From Octopus sinensis (taxonomy: Eukaryota): a stretch of DNA of 56,552 nt. Made by a program: the position numbers and the translations under genes. The stretch lies in contig NW_021833660.1 in NCBI RefSeq assembly GCF_006345805.1, positions 1-56,552 on the forward strand, written 5' to 3'. Of the stretch, positions 1 through 13,707 are shown piece after piece. The notes under the pieces are model-generated. The model searched no databases and had not been told where the DNA came from. It worked only from the letters and a program-made list of their open reading frames with translations. Position 1 is the stretch's first letter. Each line of letters opens with the position of its first letter.

Positions 1-280
1 ATACAAAAAGGGACAGCAAAGCATCCAGACAGACGATACAAAGAAAACAAGGACGGGTCATTCGGAGTTTTCTATCCTCAGTCGAGTTCCAAATTATCTT
101 TGCAATTTCGGCTGGTTGTATGTATGTGTAAGTGTGCATGTATGTATGTATATATCTATGTATGCATGCATGCATGTATATATGTATGCATGTATGTATG
201 TATGCATGTATGCATGTATGTATGCAATTCATGTATGCATGCATGCATTCATGTATGTATGCATGTGTGTATGTATTTAT

Positions 281-317
<37 letters not shown>

Positions 318-532
318 CATACGTGTGTGCATGTGACCTATTTATATAAATGTGAATATACGTACCACAGATCTAGGTAGATGTCAATGCCAAAAAACAG
401 GCACACTTCTTTGTGTGATACCTGTGTGTGCATCCGCAGACATAAGTATTCGTACGGGTGTATTCACACATTTACATGCAAATACGCACGCACATATATT
501 CACTCACACGCACTCACACACCACACACACAT

Positions 533-642
<110 letters not shown>

Positions 643-1690
643 ACGTATTTTGTATTTATTCGTGTAACATCGTCCGTTTTCCGTCCCGGTGTTGTATACT
701 TTTGAGGCTTTCTTCCAAGGAATCTAATGCGCTTGGCTTAGATTTCCCTTGGGGGCTGCCCAGATCGGAGCAATCTCAAGATCAATCAGCCGAAATTGCG
801 AAGATGATCCGGTTCTTGACTGATGACTAAGAGCTTCGAAAGTCCCGTCCGTGTTTTTTGTGTCGTCTTCTAAATGTTTCACGTTCTTGTCCCAGTTTGT
901 GTATTTTTTTACTTTTACATATATATATATATGTGTGTGTACTTACACGGGTAAGCACACACATGCATTTCAGCCATGTTTAATTGGGAACGCGCACAAA
1001 CATACTTTCACTTGTTTTTGTAAAATGAAACTAGAAGAAAATTAAGGTGTAAAACTTCTTTAAAATGTATGAGATTTTTTTAAAACGAATATTAAAGGTA
1101 TAACTGTACATGTATATATATGAGTGTGTATGTATATAACATTAAAATATTCATATCCAAATATGCATATATATGTTTATGTATATTATATATATATGTA
1201 TATATATATATATATATTCATATATTATATAAGGTTAAACTGAATATTGATATTCTGAATATATTTACTACGCGTGTTTCAGATCATTATGAAAGAGAGA
1301 GTAAATAATTCATTTCTTAAATAACATTTTCTTCAGTTAAGATCTTTCGAAACGAACCTGAGCCGAAATGCACATATATAAATATGTATATATAATATTT
1401 CAAAAAGTAATATTAAACATCTCTGAAATATAAATACGTTAAAATAGATACGTAAAAAAAAATGAGCAAAAAACAGAAATAGGAATATAAATAGGAATAT
1501 GAGGAAGGAGAAACAGAGGTTTTGAAATTATAAGGGGGAGGGAAGAGCAGAAAGGAAAATAACGATAGAATGTAAGGAGAGAGAAAACGGAGTGAATGAG
1601 TGTCTGTGAGTATGATTGTGTGTGTGTGTGTGTGTGCGCGTGCGTGTCTATGGCGTGCGCGTGTTTGTGTGCTTAGAAGAAAGAGAAAAT

Positions 1691-1924
1691 ATTTATTTCA
1701 CTATTGCCCACAGGGGGCTAAACATAGAGGAGACAAACATGGACAGACAAAGGGATTAAGTCGATTATACCGACTCCAGTGCGTAAATGGTACTTATTTA
1801 ATCGACTCCGAAAGGATGAAGGGCAAAGTCGACCTCGGCAGAATTTGAACTCAGAACGTAATGGCAGGCGAAATACCGCTAAACATTTCAACCGGCGTGC
1901 TAACGATTCTGCCAGCTCGCCGCC
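1691..1924 (-). mobile_element. tRNA-derived SINE family B
   Basis: ggcggcgagctggcagaatcgttag...ttctgagttcaaattc.gccgaggtcgactttgcc core. Confidence 0.85.
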
Positions 1925-2062
1925 CCCGGAAAGAGAAAATATTAAGATAGAAAAGAAATACGGGGAAACGGAGAGAGAATTTGCGAGTATCGAGGACGCT
2001 GTAAATTAAATCTCTCTCTCTCTCTCTCTCTCTGTACATATATATATATATATACTAGCATA

Positions 2063-2200
2063 CTAGCAGCTAAGCCCGGTTTCACCCGGTCGGTTTGGAT
2101 GATGTAGCTATAAAACCTGCTCTGTGTAAGCATTCGACTTGTTTGGGTCCGCTTACGTTAAACAACAATTGTAGAATGATTTTTTTCTGTCAAAATGCTA
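2063..2200 (-). mobile_element. Helitron-like 3' end (different family)
   Basis: Minus strand ccgg-gtgaaa-ccgg hairpin followed by CTAG|T next to (TA)n. The 5' boundary was not located. Confidence 0.45.
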
Positions 2201-2743
2201 AAATTAACTGATCAAAAAAAAAGAACAACCAAGATTCAACCAAATCAAAAAATAAACCAAATACTAAGCAAACAAAGATGAACCACCCCACTTCCATTGC
2301 GCGTGCACACGCTCACACAAACACACAAGAAGACACGCACACACAGAGACACACATTCACGTACCCCCTTTTACATACACACACATATATTCACACAGAG
2401 TTGAAATGCTGTTTGATTTATTTTTCAGCGTACAGTTTTCATCATCCTACTACCAATTATGACATCACCCCTTCCTTCCTTATTCGTCTATCCTTATTCT
2501 CATTCATAAACACAAGAGTATTATTATAGTAAATTATTTCGGTAACCATGGGAGCTATGAAAAAAAATACAAAGCCTAGCAGCACAACCGGATCTTTCTA
2601 CACATCTGTGTAATTTTTCTCGCAATTCCACCCAGCCGTTTGACTTAATTCCAAGACAAGAATGAATCACCCATGTCAAAGTTATATGTATACATGTGCG
2701 TGTGTGTTTACGCGCGCGCGCACACACGCACACGCACACACGC

Positions 2744-2781
<38 letters not shown>

Positions 2782-2949
2782 CAATTAATTACAACATATA
2801 TATTTATAGCAATTAATTTGCAACAACAAAACAAGTAGACATTAAAATCATTGAAATAGATAACATATTTAAAATATTATACAGACATGAAACACTCATT
2901 TGCATTAATAAAACTTTTGCTCAAGAGGTATGAAGCTAACCGATCATCG

Positions 2950-3830
2950 ATCGGGAATAAACACCACCCTTCAACACCTGATGTACAGTTGCACGGGCGT
3001 TGATTATGATCGGTAATCGGAAAACATCATATGTCTATTTATAGCATCGTGGGAACCTTCCTTCCACTCTGACTCTGAGTGATACCTCTTCGACCGTGAT
3101 GGTCTCGACCATGTTTTCGATGTCTTCCGGGGCCGCCTGTACTGTCATTTCTTTGCTCTGCTCTTACCTGTTCCTGTGGGGTATTCCGGTGGCTTGATGG
3201 ACGTCTGCCTTCTCTTCCATGCCCAACAGTATGGCGGCTACTAGCCAGGCTACATCAATTTCTGGGGGTATATCTTCTACCCTAACCCTGGAAGCACATC
3301 TCCTAAGGTAAATGGGTTGAAGCAGCACTTCATCAGTTTTTAACGGTGTTGCTGAGTGCAGCCTAGCAGTAGCTACCTCCCGAAACTGCACCTCTACCGC
3401 CCCAAACATTTCCCTCTGGCAAGGTAGGAAATCCCTTGCCAGAGTGGTTTCAATGTCTTTTCAACTTGAGCCGTCGACTTGGTTTCAAATTTCCGGTTAC
3501 TGAGTACATCCTGTAAATAATTGTTTTTTCCTTTTCCCTTTTAAAACTTATTGCTTTTTTCTTTCGCCGCTTCTGCATAATTCTTTGTCTCCATTGCTTC
3601 GTCTATTCTCTTCAGACTTTTAAGCAACTCTTCGTCAGACGACATAAAGTCTGAAGAATAAGAACTCAAACCTTCGTATTCATTTACGCACCTACGACGT
3701 TTCTCCCTTGAAACAAAATGGAAGACGTCAAACACTACTACTGCAAGACGACCAAACACACGTGCTCCACACAAAAATAGCAGTTCAACAGCAATCAACA
3801 ATCCAGAAGCAAGCTTCTTACCACACAAAC
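2950..3830 (-). pseudogene. Probable LINE ORF1 (gag-like) remnant
   Basis: Non-repetitive ORF pieces MSSDEELLKS...NYAEAAKEK and VRVEDIPPEIDVAWLVAAILL, then RFPRCYK (eroded zinc knuckle). The family call is an inference. Confidence 0.4.
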
Positions 3831-3846
3831 ACGTCTGCGTCTATAG

Positions 3847-3887
<41 letters not shown>

Positions 3888-4256
3888 TATATATATATAT
3901 ATATATATATACATGCAAAGGTGGCACCTCTCTAACTTGGTAAGTTTTTTCTGTACATTAATTGTATGCATCATATGAACATTATGTATATAGGACGCAT
4001 GCCCCCATAAACTTATGCTGGATTTCCTCATTACACAGGTGTATGTGCATTGTAAATATTTATAACATCACGTGATTCATAGAAAATATACATGCACAAA
4101 GTTATGAATCCACAACCCCATGAATTTACAACCCCATGGACAAGGTTTGGCGTCAACATATGTGAAACTCCACAATTATGTTCACATACTAAAACACGAA
4201 CTAAACACATAAAGCAGGTGCATGAGTGTGTGTGCGCATATGTATGTATGCATGTA

Positions 4257-4305
<49 letters not shown>

Positions 4306-4353
4306 CTATCTATCTATCTGTCTGTCTGTCTATCTGTCTGTCTATCAGTTTGT

Positions 4354-4389
<36 letters not shown>

Positions 4390-4814
4390 ATATATATATA
4401 TATATATACACGTGAGTATTTGGTGTACCTATACCAGTGTGTCTGTGTACATATTTTGCTTGGATGTGCCTGTGCACTTAGGGGTATTTTTATATTTCTG
4501 TTCATAAATTTGAACGGGCACACATTCCCTTACAAAAATTTAAAGAAATTAATCAATTCAGAGCGAACGTAACACCTTATAAAGATTCCAGGAATAGTGC
4601 AAGGGAGATAAGAAGAATTAGGACTTGTAAGTTACTTCCTATTATCTCTATATTCCTTTATTTTATCCCCAAATTCCATAGTCTCGTGTAGCCTCGTGTA
4701 TTCTCATCTGAGGTGGACGCGAGTACCAACGTTCCATGTGACAGGCTTGATAATTGTTGAGAGATTTCTCTCAGCATCAAACCAATGACGTGTATATCAT
4801 ATATATCATATATA

Positions 4815-5792
4815 CAGTATCTTGCAGAACTATGTACACCCTAAAGAATTTCAGTAAAATTCCCATTAATTTGATAATATCGAAGGAAATCAAACGAAAT
4901 TTATGCTGAATAAAATATATTATACATGCAAACATTATACAAATTTGGAACACAAAGCAATAAACGTTTTCAAAGATATGAATGAAATATTAATTTTCAA
5001 ACGTTACAAAAATATGTACACCCTAAAGGAAATTTGCTTTTTTTTTTTACTAAATTCAGATATTGCTGATAATTTCAATTCTAATGAATTATCTGTCCTG
5101 GAATTTTTGCACTAGTCATTGCTATTGCATCTGCAGGAATTCTGATTTGTGTACCATGGTAAAAAATCTTCTTCATTGTGATTAAAATGGCACCAAAAGG
5201 AAAAGAATTGTCTTAACCCATTAAATCCCACTGTCCTATAAGTAGGACACTAAATGAAAACATTAAATAAGCTATATCACACTGTCTCAGTGTCCTATTT
5301 ATAAGATACTGAGTATTTTCATTTCTACTTGAAGTAAAGGAGATTTAATAATGATTTTTTTAAAATCTTAACCTATTTTCAATTATCTGCAAAATTTTTA
5401 AAGTAATATACAGAAATTTAAGTACTCTGGGACTTAATGGGTTAAGAATTGAAGAAAATTATTTTAATTTGCACAAGAATGGTTTAGGATACAAGTTGAT
5501 TAGCAAACGAATAAATATTAGCGTAAACACAGTTGCCAAAGTAATTCAGAAGTACAAAGCTACTGGACGGTTAAGCAATAACATCGGCCAGGGCGTCCTT
5601 CTGTTTTAATTGTGCATGATATTCCCCACATCCAGCATTGCGTGATGTACGGTAGGCGTTGTACCGCTTCATCTTTGGCCCAAGAAGTATCTTCTGTTAG
5701 TGGAAAGAGTGTATCCTCCCAAACATTTCACCGAAGTTTGAAACAGTGTGGTCTTCATGGACGCATTCCTCGTAGGAAGCCTCTCCTCACTC
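4815..5792 (+). mobile_element. 5' part of a Tc1-family transposon with IR/DR-type left end
   Basis: TA|CAGT start; direct repeat tatgtacaccctaaag at 4831 and 5013; frameshifted MAPKGKELS...LHKNGLGYKLISKRINIS...RPGRPSVL...GLHGRIPRRKPLL (paired-like HTH), ATG at 5187. Confidence 0.85.
5217..5441. mobile_element. piggyBac-like MITE nested in the Tc1 ORF
   Basis: TTAA duplication (5213-5216 and 5442-5445) and 14-bp TIRs CCCATTAA(A/G)TCCCA. Confidence 0.85.
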
Positions 5793-6299
5793 ATATATAT
5801 CTAGATTCATATATATATATAAATATACACCACATCTTTTACGCGGTGCCTTAATATGGCCGAAGCTCTCAAGATGAAACTAGTAATATATATATATATA
5901 TATATATATACGTTTGTATATAGTAGAGATAGAGAGGGGTGCAATAAGAGAGAGTAAGAGTGAGCGAGCAAGAGAGAGAGAGAGGGGAGAGGAGGAGGAG
6001 GAGGAGGAGAGAGAAAGAGAGAGATGGGGAGAGGAGGAGGAGGAGGAGGAGGAGAGAGAAAAGAGAGAAAGAGATAATAATAAATCATAAATTTTCAACT
6101 TCATCTCCCAGACTTCCAAATTGATTCGGTTATTAACGGCCTATTTGAAATATCTTCAGGTCAATGTCTACAGGAAAAATGTGAAAAGGAAACAGATGCT
6201 TAATGAAATGTTTGCAGTAATCGAGTGGAACCCAGGAAACTAGGTTGTGGCATTAAACAAGGTGATATAATGGATCCTAGACATTACAACCACTGTTAT

Positions 6300-6620
6300 T
6301 GTTGATGTCGTCTTCTAGTCGCAGATCAGGATCGATCCAGCAAATTTATTTTGAAGTTGTTATATCTGTGACCATCATGTAATGTTTCAGACAAACGTAG
6401 TGTATCTAGGACTGTTGTCCTAGCATGTACTACTTATATTACCAATTCTTAAAGATAGTTGCGATTTCTAGCAGATCATGTTACCTCTTGTGAACGCCCT
6501 CCTTGTGCCATGGTATTGGTTATAATAATACTGTCGATGTTATTACTGTTTAGCCCTAGGCTTGCCATTAACAGGCAAGCCTATGATCAAAGAGCTCTAC
6601 CCTTGATTTCCCTATTTTTA
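6300..6620 (-). pseudogene. LINE AP-endonuclease remnant
   Basis: IIITNT...EVT*S...VLDTLRLSEHYMMVTDI resembles the APE motifs ITNT..TW and SDH, with many stops. Confidence 0.5.
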
Positions 6621-7340
6621 GTGAATCCTAGACACTCATTAAATCAGTACTGTGACAGCCCCTTTTCTAAAGATGGTATTATTTTACACTGAGCACTTGT
6701 GTGCTGAGGGAGCTGCTGTACTCTGATTTTGAATACAGGAGTCGATGTCTCATCAAACGGTGAAGTGTTTTGGCCACTTCGAAAACGACACCAAAGCATT
6801 CACTGATGTAAGCAACAAAACTCCTGCACAAAGATTGTGCTTTACTGATGTTGCGACTCTGGGCCAGATGTTTCTACCATCCTAAAAGCTCAGTCTTGCG
6901 GTACCACTCATCGTCTCTTTTAAGTTAGGCCCAGATCATCCATGATGAAGTCTACATAGAATCATTATTCCATCCGTGGCCTTCACCTCTTTTAAGGTGT
7001 ATCTATGATATTATCTAATGTTGTGTGACAGGTTTCTACACACAATTTCCATCTGCAAATTTCCCTCACATGGTTTCCGTGGATCTGAAGCTATTGTATA
7101 AGATATTTATCCAAAGTGCCGTGCAATGGGATTAGACCCCAAATCCCGGGTGTGCAAAGAAAAGTTGTTAACTATGCAAGAAATCGCTCTAAAATTACAC
7201 TGTAGAAGTTTAAAAGAGATTTCTACCGTAGTTAAAAATCAACTTTGCAATTACGTGAGCCCGGCTTCAATCCTACGGCAGGGCACAGCCCCTTGGACAA
7301 GTTCCTTATTTCACAGCGTCGAGTCCTCTAAAATCATGTA

Positions 7341-7852
7341 CCGGAAATCCTCGAGTATAGTCCGCCCTTGAGTATAATACGCAGGGGATTTTTAGGGGTC
7401 TGTACCGCTGAAAAACCTAAACCTTGTGTATAATACGCACCCCTTCTCTAACTTGAGTCAAGGAGGTCTATATAACGTCTTTGGTTTGTAAAAATGCATA
7501 CAGTAACGTCCTTTATTATTATTGTATATATAACATGATGCAAACGTGTAGCTTTTTTGTGCATTTTGTTTACAGAAAATAAAAAAATAACAGTAATAAC
7601 GTTTAATAAATGTTGCTTCCTGCAAGTTATGGATGATTCTCTTATGACTTCATTGCTTTCAGGCTTAGCTTAAGGTATTTTCGCGCCCGACATCACAACA
7701 TGCGTCTGAATAAACATAGTTAGACAGCAAATGGAGACTCGGACATTGCTTAGGAAATGCTTTTTATTTTTAACCTCGTATATAGTACGCACTATGGACT
7801 TTGACCTTTAAATTTTGGGGAAAAAATGCGGATTATACTCGAGGATTTACAG
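7341..7852. mobile_element. Tc1/mariner (pogo-like) MITE
   Basis: TA on both sides and 25-bp TIRs (22/25 match) cc/tg(g/t)aaatcctcgagtata(g/a)tccgc. Confidence 0.8.
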
Positions 7853-8464
7853 TAAATATAATTTAATAGATGTGTAAAAGCATAAGATCCCATTTTCGTA
7901 CTTGAGCGGTGAACTTAAACTGTCGTCTGGATTAACACCAACACTTGGTCCATAGGTGCTCTTTTGTATAATCGACCTCGTAATTACTGGCCTTGTGCCA
8001 AAATTTAAAACTACCGATAAAAAATAACTACCGGCTGAGCACTGGTGATGATGTAGTCGACAAACCCCTCCCTCAAAATTTCAGGCCTTGTCTATATATT
8101 TGAAAGAATTATTATTATAAGAGCTAAGCTTTCTGAATGAGAATAATTTCACCCTTTCTCCAACCAATGTCGTAAATCCTTTAAAAAAAAGTTATGATCG
8201 CTGTCATTCCTCTTCTAATTTGAGCTAACAAACAAAAAATATTGAAGTTTATGAAGTTGCTTCTGTTGTTGTTGTTGCTGCTGCTAATGTTGCTGCTGCT
8301 GTTGTTGTTGTTTAAAACAACTTAATGCGATTTAACGTCGAATTACACTTACAGACAACTTAATAATTTCAAGCACATCAGATTAGTTAAAGACACGTAA
8401 ACAGCAGGTCTAGACTAACTACTACTACTACTAACTACTACTACTACTAGTGCTGCTGCTGCCT

Positions 8465-8465
8465 A

Positions 8466-8554
<89 letters not shown>
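8465..8554. repeat. (TTA)n microsatellite (representative)
   Basis: Direct reading. Other large arrays: (TATC)n at ~4258-4388, 12585-12670, 19823-19923, 38357-38432 and 47313-47490; (CTT)n at ~8930-9030; (TAA)n at ~30590-30658; and many (TA)n, (CA)n and (TATG)n tracts. Confidence 0.95.
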
Positions 8555-8556
<2 letters not shown>

Positions 8557-8775
8557 GGCGGCAAGCTGGCATAATCGTTAGCACGCCGGGTAAAATGCTT
8601 AGCACCACCTCGTCTGTCCTTACGTTCTGAGTTCAAATTCCGCCGAGGTCGACTTTGCCTTTCCTCTTTTCGGGGTCGATAAAATAAGTACCAGTTGAAC
8701 ACTGGGGTCAATGTAATCGACTTAACCCCCTCCCCCAAAACCTGCTGTCTATTTGCCAAAAGTGAAACAATTATT
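8555..8775 (+). mobile_element. SINE family B
   Basis: Same core, following (TTA)n. Other copies are at ~24470-24675, 30685-30860 and 35866-36030. Confidence 0.85.
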
Positions 8776-10083
8776 ATTACAGTTGTTTTTGTTGCATATT
8801 AGGGGATTTAGAGACGGTTGCTGATAAAGGGATGATAGTGATGACACTACGTTTCTGATATGATTCATGCTTTGTTATGTTGTCGCTGCTGTTAATTTTT
8901 CTGATTTTTATTATCCTCCTACTCACTCTTCTCTTCTTCTTCTTCTTCTTCTTCTTCTTCTTCTTCTTCTTCTTCTTCTTCTTCTTCTTCTTCTTTTTCT
9001 TCTTTTTCTTCTTCTTCTTCTTCTTCTTCTTTCTCCTTCTCCTCCTCCTCTTTCTCCTCCTTCTTTATATTCCATTAATACTTCACGCTGCCATTACCTA
9101 AAATATCTTCCGCCTCACCTCTAAAACTAGCAGCAGCAGCACCACCACCACCACAGTCAGCATCATAATCACCACAACCAGGTCCATCATTACCACAGCC
9201 TGCACTATCACTATCTTTGCCACTACAACCACTTCTACACCACCATTACCCCCAACTACCACTGCCGTCGCCACCACCACCACCGCCGCCGCCGCCGCCG
9301 CCATCACCACCACCACCACCATTACCACCGATAGCTCTAAACAATTTTTAACAGTTTGAAGAAACTCTACTCAAGTGAAATGAAGATGTCACACTCATCT
9401 GGAAAGATTTATGTTTAACGCCACTTTTCAGGCCAGAGACCGAAACTCTGGAGGCCAATAGTTTTAAATATATTTCATGATTGACTTCTGTATCAGTTGT
9501 AGTAGAGCCCAAGTGAAGTTGAAGTCGAAGTTTCGATTCTGGGTTTTGGACGACTCATGATTGTTTCTCTAATTAATTTTCATGCTCCAATAGTTTTGCG
9601 GTGTTCATATATAAAAGTTACCGCCAACATCATCATCATCATCGTCATCGACGTAGTAGTTGTGGCCGTCGTCTTGTTATCGCCGTCATCATCATCATCA
9701 TTACTACCACCACCACCGTCATCACCACTATCACCATCACTACCACCACAAACATCAACACTATCATCACAACTACAAGCAGAGCTCCCAACAGTGCCAT
9801 CATTATCGTCGTCGTTGTCGTCGTCATCATCATTCCCATTATCATCTTTACTGTACAGCGTTTTGTGTCTCACCTCCTCATCTTTCTATAATTTATCTTT
9901 ATTTGTCTCAGTCGCTAGACTCGGCCATGCTGGGACATGCAATGCTTCACTTTTTAAAAATACGCTGCTTATTCCATCGGCCTCCTTTTGCCGAACAGCT
10001 ATACAACTGGGACGTTAGCAAACAAGCACCGTTTGCCAAGTAGTGGTGGGGATCAAGTACAACACCAGCTCACAAACACACAC

Positions 10084-10154
<71 letters not shown>

Positions 10155-10189
10155 ATACATATATATACATATATACATATATATATATA

Positions 10190-10583
10190 CTAGCATTATC
10201 GCCCGGCGTTGCTCGGGTTGTAAGGGAAATAACTATATAAGCATTTTTAGAGAGTTATAGCCAAAAAATAGCAAAAAAATGCATTAAAAATTGAAAAAAA
10301 ATTAAGGTAAATTTTTTTTAAATCGTTGACACATCGTAGATATTTTTAGAGAGTTACTTCCCTTATATAAAAGCGAAAAAAATGCATTAAAATGGAAAAA
10401 TATGATGGTAAAATTTTTTTAAATCGTAGACTCATCGTAGACGCACGCTAATACCCAGAAGGGCTCGATATGAATCACGACTATAAGATACCCGCTTTTG
10501 GTTAAACTGCACCGCAAAATGTGGGAGTAGTTAAGAATCTAAATCGTAGGAGACAGACACACAACTTCACTCTTATATAAAGA
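10190..10583 (-). mobile_element. Non-autonomous Helitron
   Basis: On the minus strand, A|TC 5' end, then a CCCG-agcaacgc-CGGG hairpin followed by CTAG|T at the 3' end. The 3' part is shared with 49533-49902. Confidence 0.75.
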
Positions 10584-11537
10584 TGCTTTTTTTTTTCAGT
10601 CATAGAGTTAGATTTATGAAGGTCTTCAGTAGAAAATCCTTCGAATTCTGACTCGCTGCTTGATATAATGAAATTCGTATCCATTTTTTGTCAGAATTAC
10701 AAATTTTGAAAACAATAGGAAATGAGTAAAATAAAAACCAATTTACCTTTTCTGTCCGTCCGTGTGTCTTTGCAAATGTGTTGGAATGATAAGTGAGTTG
10801 TGATTTGGCGCCTTTTTTACTAATAACAAACACACACGTGTTTGTATGTAGTTGTATGTGTATGTAGTTGTATATGTATGTGTATGCGTGTGTGTGAGGA
10901 ATGACACACACACACTCACGCACGCACACATGTACATCAATGCTTTCGGAGTGATATGTTAAAATATTGAGTTTTCTCGAATTTTGTCTTAATTGGTGGT
11001 AAAATTGAAAGAAATTTTTTATGGCATCACCCACTGAAGTACTCTGAAAAATCTTAGGTAAACTCTAATTGAAGAAATTGTGTATTTATTTGTTTCTGTT
11101 TGCTGTGTTTTTTATTTTTTGAGTAGTGGTTTAAATACTTTCACTTTAGTCTTCCTCAAATCACTCTGTCGCTATTTACTTTCATTTTATTCGTCGCACA
11201 CTGTGTGTGTGCGTTTGCGTGTGGTGTAAACCAGACTAAGAAAAGCATTTGACACACACACCAGAATGTGAGTTTTCTGTAAATTTTGCTTAATTGGAGT
11301 TAAAATTTTAAAAACTGGACCTGGCATGACGCGATGCATTGTACTCTTAAAAATGCTAGGTAAATTGTAATTGAAGAAATCCTATATTTTAGATTTGTAT
11401 AACTCCGAAAGGGAGGCAGATAAAATCTGCCTTTTATAATAAGATATATATATATATACATATATATGTGACCGCTTGTGTACCGTTGGCGATTTTTTTC
11501 CTCCGTCTTCATTTCTTTGGATCTTTCCTTTTCCTAT

Positions 11538-11572
11538 GTTTCTGACGAAGAGCTCCGCTCGAAACGTTAAAC
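11538..11572 (+). ncRNA. Minimal type-I hammerhead in PLE-like terminus (~11470-11690)
   Basis: GTTT-CTGACGA-A-GAGC tcc GCTC-GAAA-C-GT-T-AAAC. Helix III is the loopless palindrome AACGTT, so only a dimer can fold. A decayed sister copy lies at 44253-44279. Confidence 0.65.
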
Positions 11573-11669
11573 CCTCCTTCTTTCCTTCTTTCCTGAGCGT
11601 CCAATAATACTATACTTGTTCCACGTCCTCGCGTTGTTGTGTTTTCTCTTTGTATTTTCATGTTTGGAT

Positions 11670-11758
<89 letters not shown>

Positions 11759-11800
11759 ATGTAATATATATGTATACATATAGATAGATAGGCGTTAGGT

Positions 11801-12583
11801 ATGTACATATATGTATGTATATATGCATATATTTATATATTATTTATATTATCATATGATCGAACGCCACGCATCATTTTCCAAGTAAGTTTTATCTTAA
11901 TAATTACGATGCACACTATCTCTTCTCTGTCTATATCTCTCCCTCTCTTGTTCTTCGTTTTTTCTGGTCTTCTCTCCCACCTCGACTCTCTCGTCGCTGA
12001 CACGTGGCGAAAGAGAAACTACCTTTCTACCCACAACCTTCGTAAAGACTAAACGTGCTTATATTGTCTCCTTTATAAGCTCGTCTTCCTAGCGTTCATA
12101 ATAATTTTTCTATCGTTTTGGCTTAACAACTCTCACCGTTTTTTTTTTCTTTTACTGTTTTGATCTCACTGTCCTGTTTTTGTTACCACTTTCACCCTCA
12201 GCAAAAAATCCCAAATTTTATTTAATTTGCGTTGCGGGAAGGATTGTTTCAACGGAGTCGCGTCTTGTCCTTGCCTTCGTAAGGCAGAGTAGTTGAAACA
12301 AGGATAACTGAAGAATGGGAATATTCTTCATGCTGTATGTATCGTTTCTCTGTTTGTTTTTTCGTTGTTCGAAAAAAAGTTCGTTTCTATTTTTTTGTTT
12401 TTATGTTTTCGTTTCTCATTGTGTTCAAGGTTTTTTTTTTTGATGTCCTGTACCCATATATGCATGTATATATACATATATATATAGGATGTACATATAT
12501 GTATATATATATATATGCATATATTTATGTATTATTTATATTATTATATGATCGAACCCCATGCATCCTTTTCCAAGTAAGTT

Positions 12584-12589
<6 letters not shown>
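11801..12589 (+). mobile_element. Element bounded by ~100-bp direct repeats
   Basis: 11801-11897 and 12489-12589 share tatgatcgaac.cca.gcatc.ttttccaagtaagttttatct. The interior has a diverged inverted sister copy at ~41510-41800. Confidence 0.55.
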
Positions 12590-12671
<82 letters not shown>

Positions 12672-12678
12672 ATGTTTG

Positions 12679-12720
<42 letters not shown>

Positions 12721-13057
12721 TTTGTGCCTGTGTTGTTCCTCCTCCATCTCGGCAATCAGTGATTATGTGCTTAAGTCCCCGAACCTTAGCGGTTCGAGAA
12801 AAGATATCGATAGAATAAGTAACAGGCTTTAAAACGTGGTGCCCCAACAAAGTCGCAGTCAAATGACTGAAACGGAAGATATATATATATATATATATAT
12901 ACATATACATACTACATACATATATGTGTGTGTATGCATATCAGCATCACCGCCACCACCATCCTCCCACCATCACCACAACAACAACATCAACGACAAT
13001 TTCAAAATTATTTTTCCCCAAAATTTTCCTGTCTTCTCTCACTTCCACTTCTACGAG

Positions 13058-13490
13058 ATTTGTTAAACTGGATATCTGATGGATGTCTTTTGTGGACAAC
13101 TTTCTTCCGGTCAGCTCATTGACAACAACAGAATAATAACCAAATTTTAAAAAAACAAACAAACAAACAACCAAAACAACCAACCATACAAACAACCAAA
13201 CAAACAAATGGGCTATGTTATTAAGATGCAATCAGTCACACGAAACTAATCCATGTCGAAATTGAAGAGGGTAACAATAGCGAGTAAGTGGTGGGATTGA
13301 GAAGTAAGCTCACAGGAGGTTAGTTTTGACTAAGAGCTAAATGGAGTCTACTTCTTCGCGCGTAGGAGTGTATTTATAATTGAGGTGACATTTTTTGAAC
13401 TTGTACTGTCAACAGGTGTATGTATGTATGTATGTATGCATGTATGTATGTATGTATGTATGTATGTATGTATGTATGTATGTATGTATG

Positions 13491-13522
<32 letters not shown>

Positions 13523-13707
13523 CATGCATGTATGAATGGATGGATAGATGCATGGATGGATGGATATGTCTATATGTTAATTTTTTGTGGGCTTTTATAG
13601 GCTTATGTATAAAATAGGCTCATGTATAGGCTTATGGTGTTGTCAATGAACTGACCGGAAGAAAGTTGTCCACAAAATACATCCATCAGATATCCAGTTT
13701 AACAAAT
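13058..13707. repeat. 70-bp inverted repeats (68/70) around a 510-bp spacer
   Basis: 13058-13127 versus 13638-13707. Confidence 0.9.

Noticed and set aside
8867-10043. Poly-Leu/Phe, His-rich and Ser/Pro-rich ORFs
   Set aside because: They derive from (CTT)n, (CCA)n and (ATC)n low-complexity tracts that are open in several frames, with no domain or splice support.
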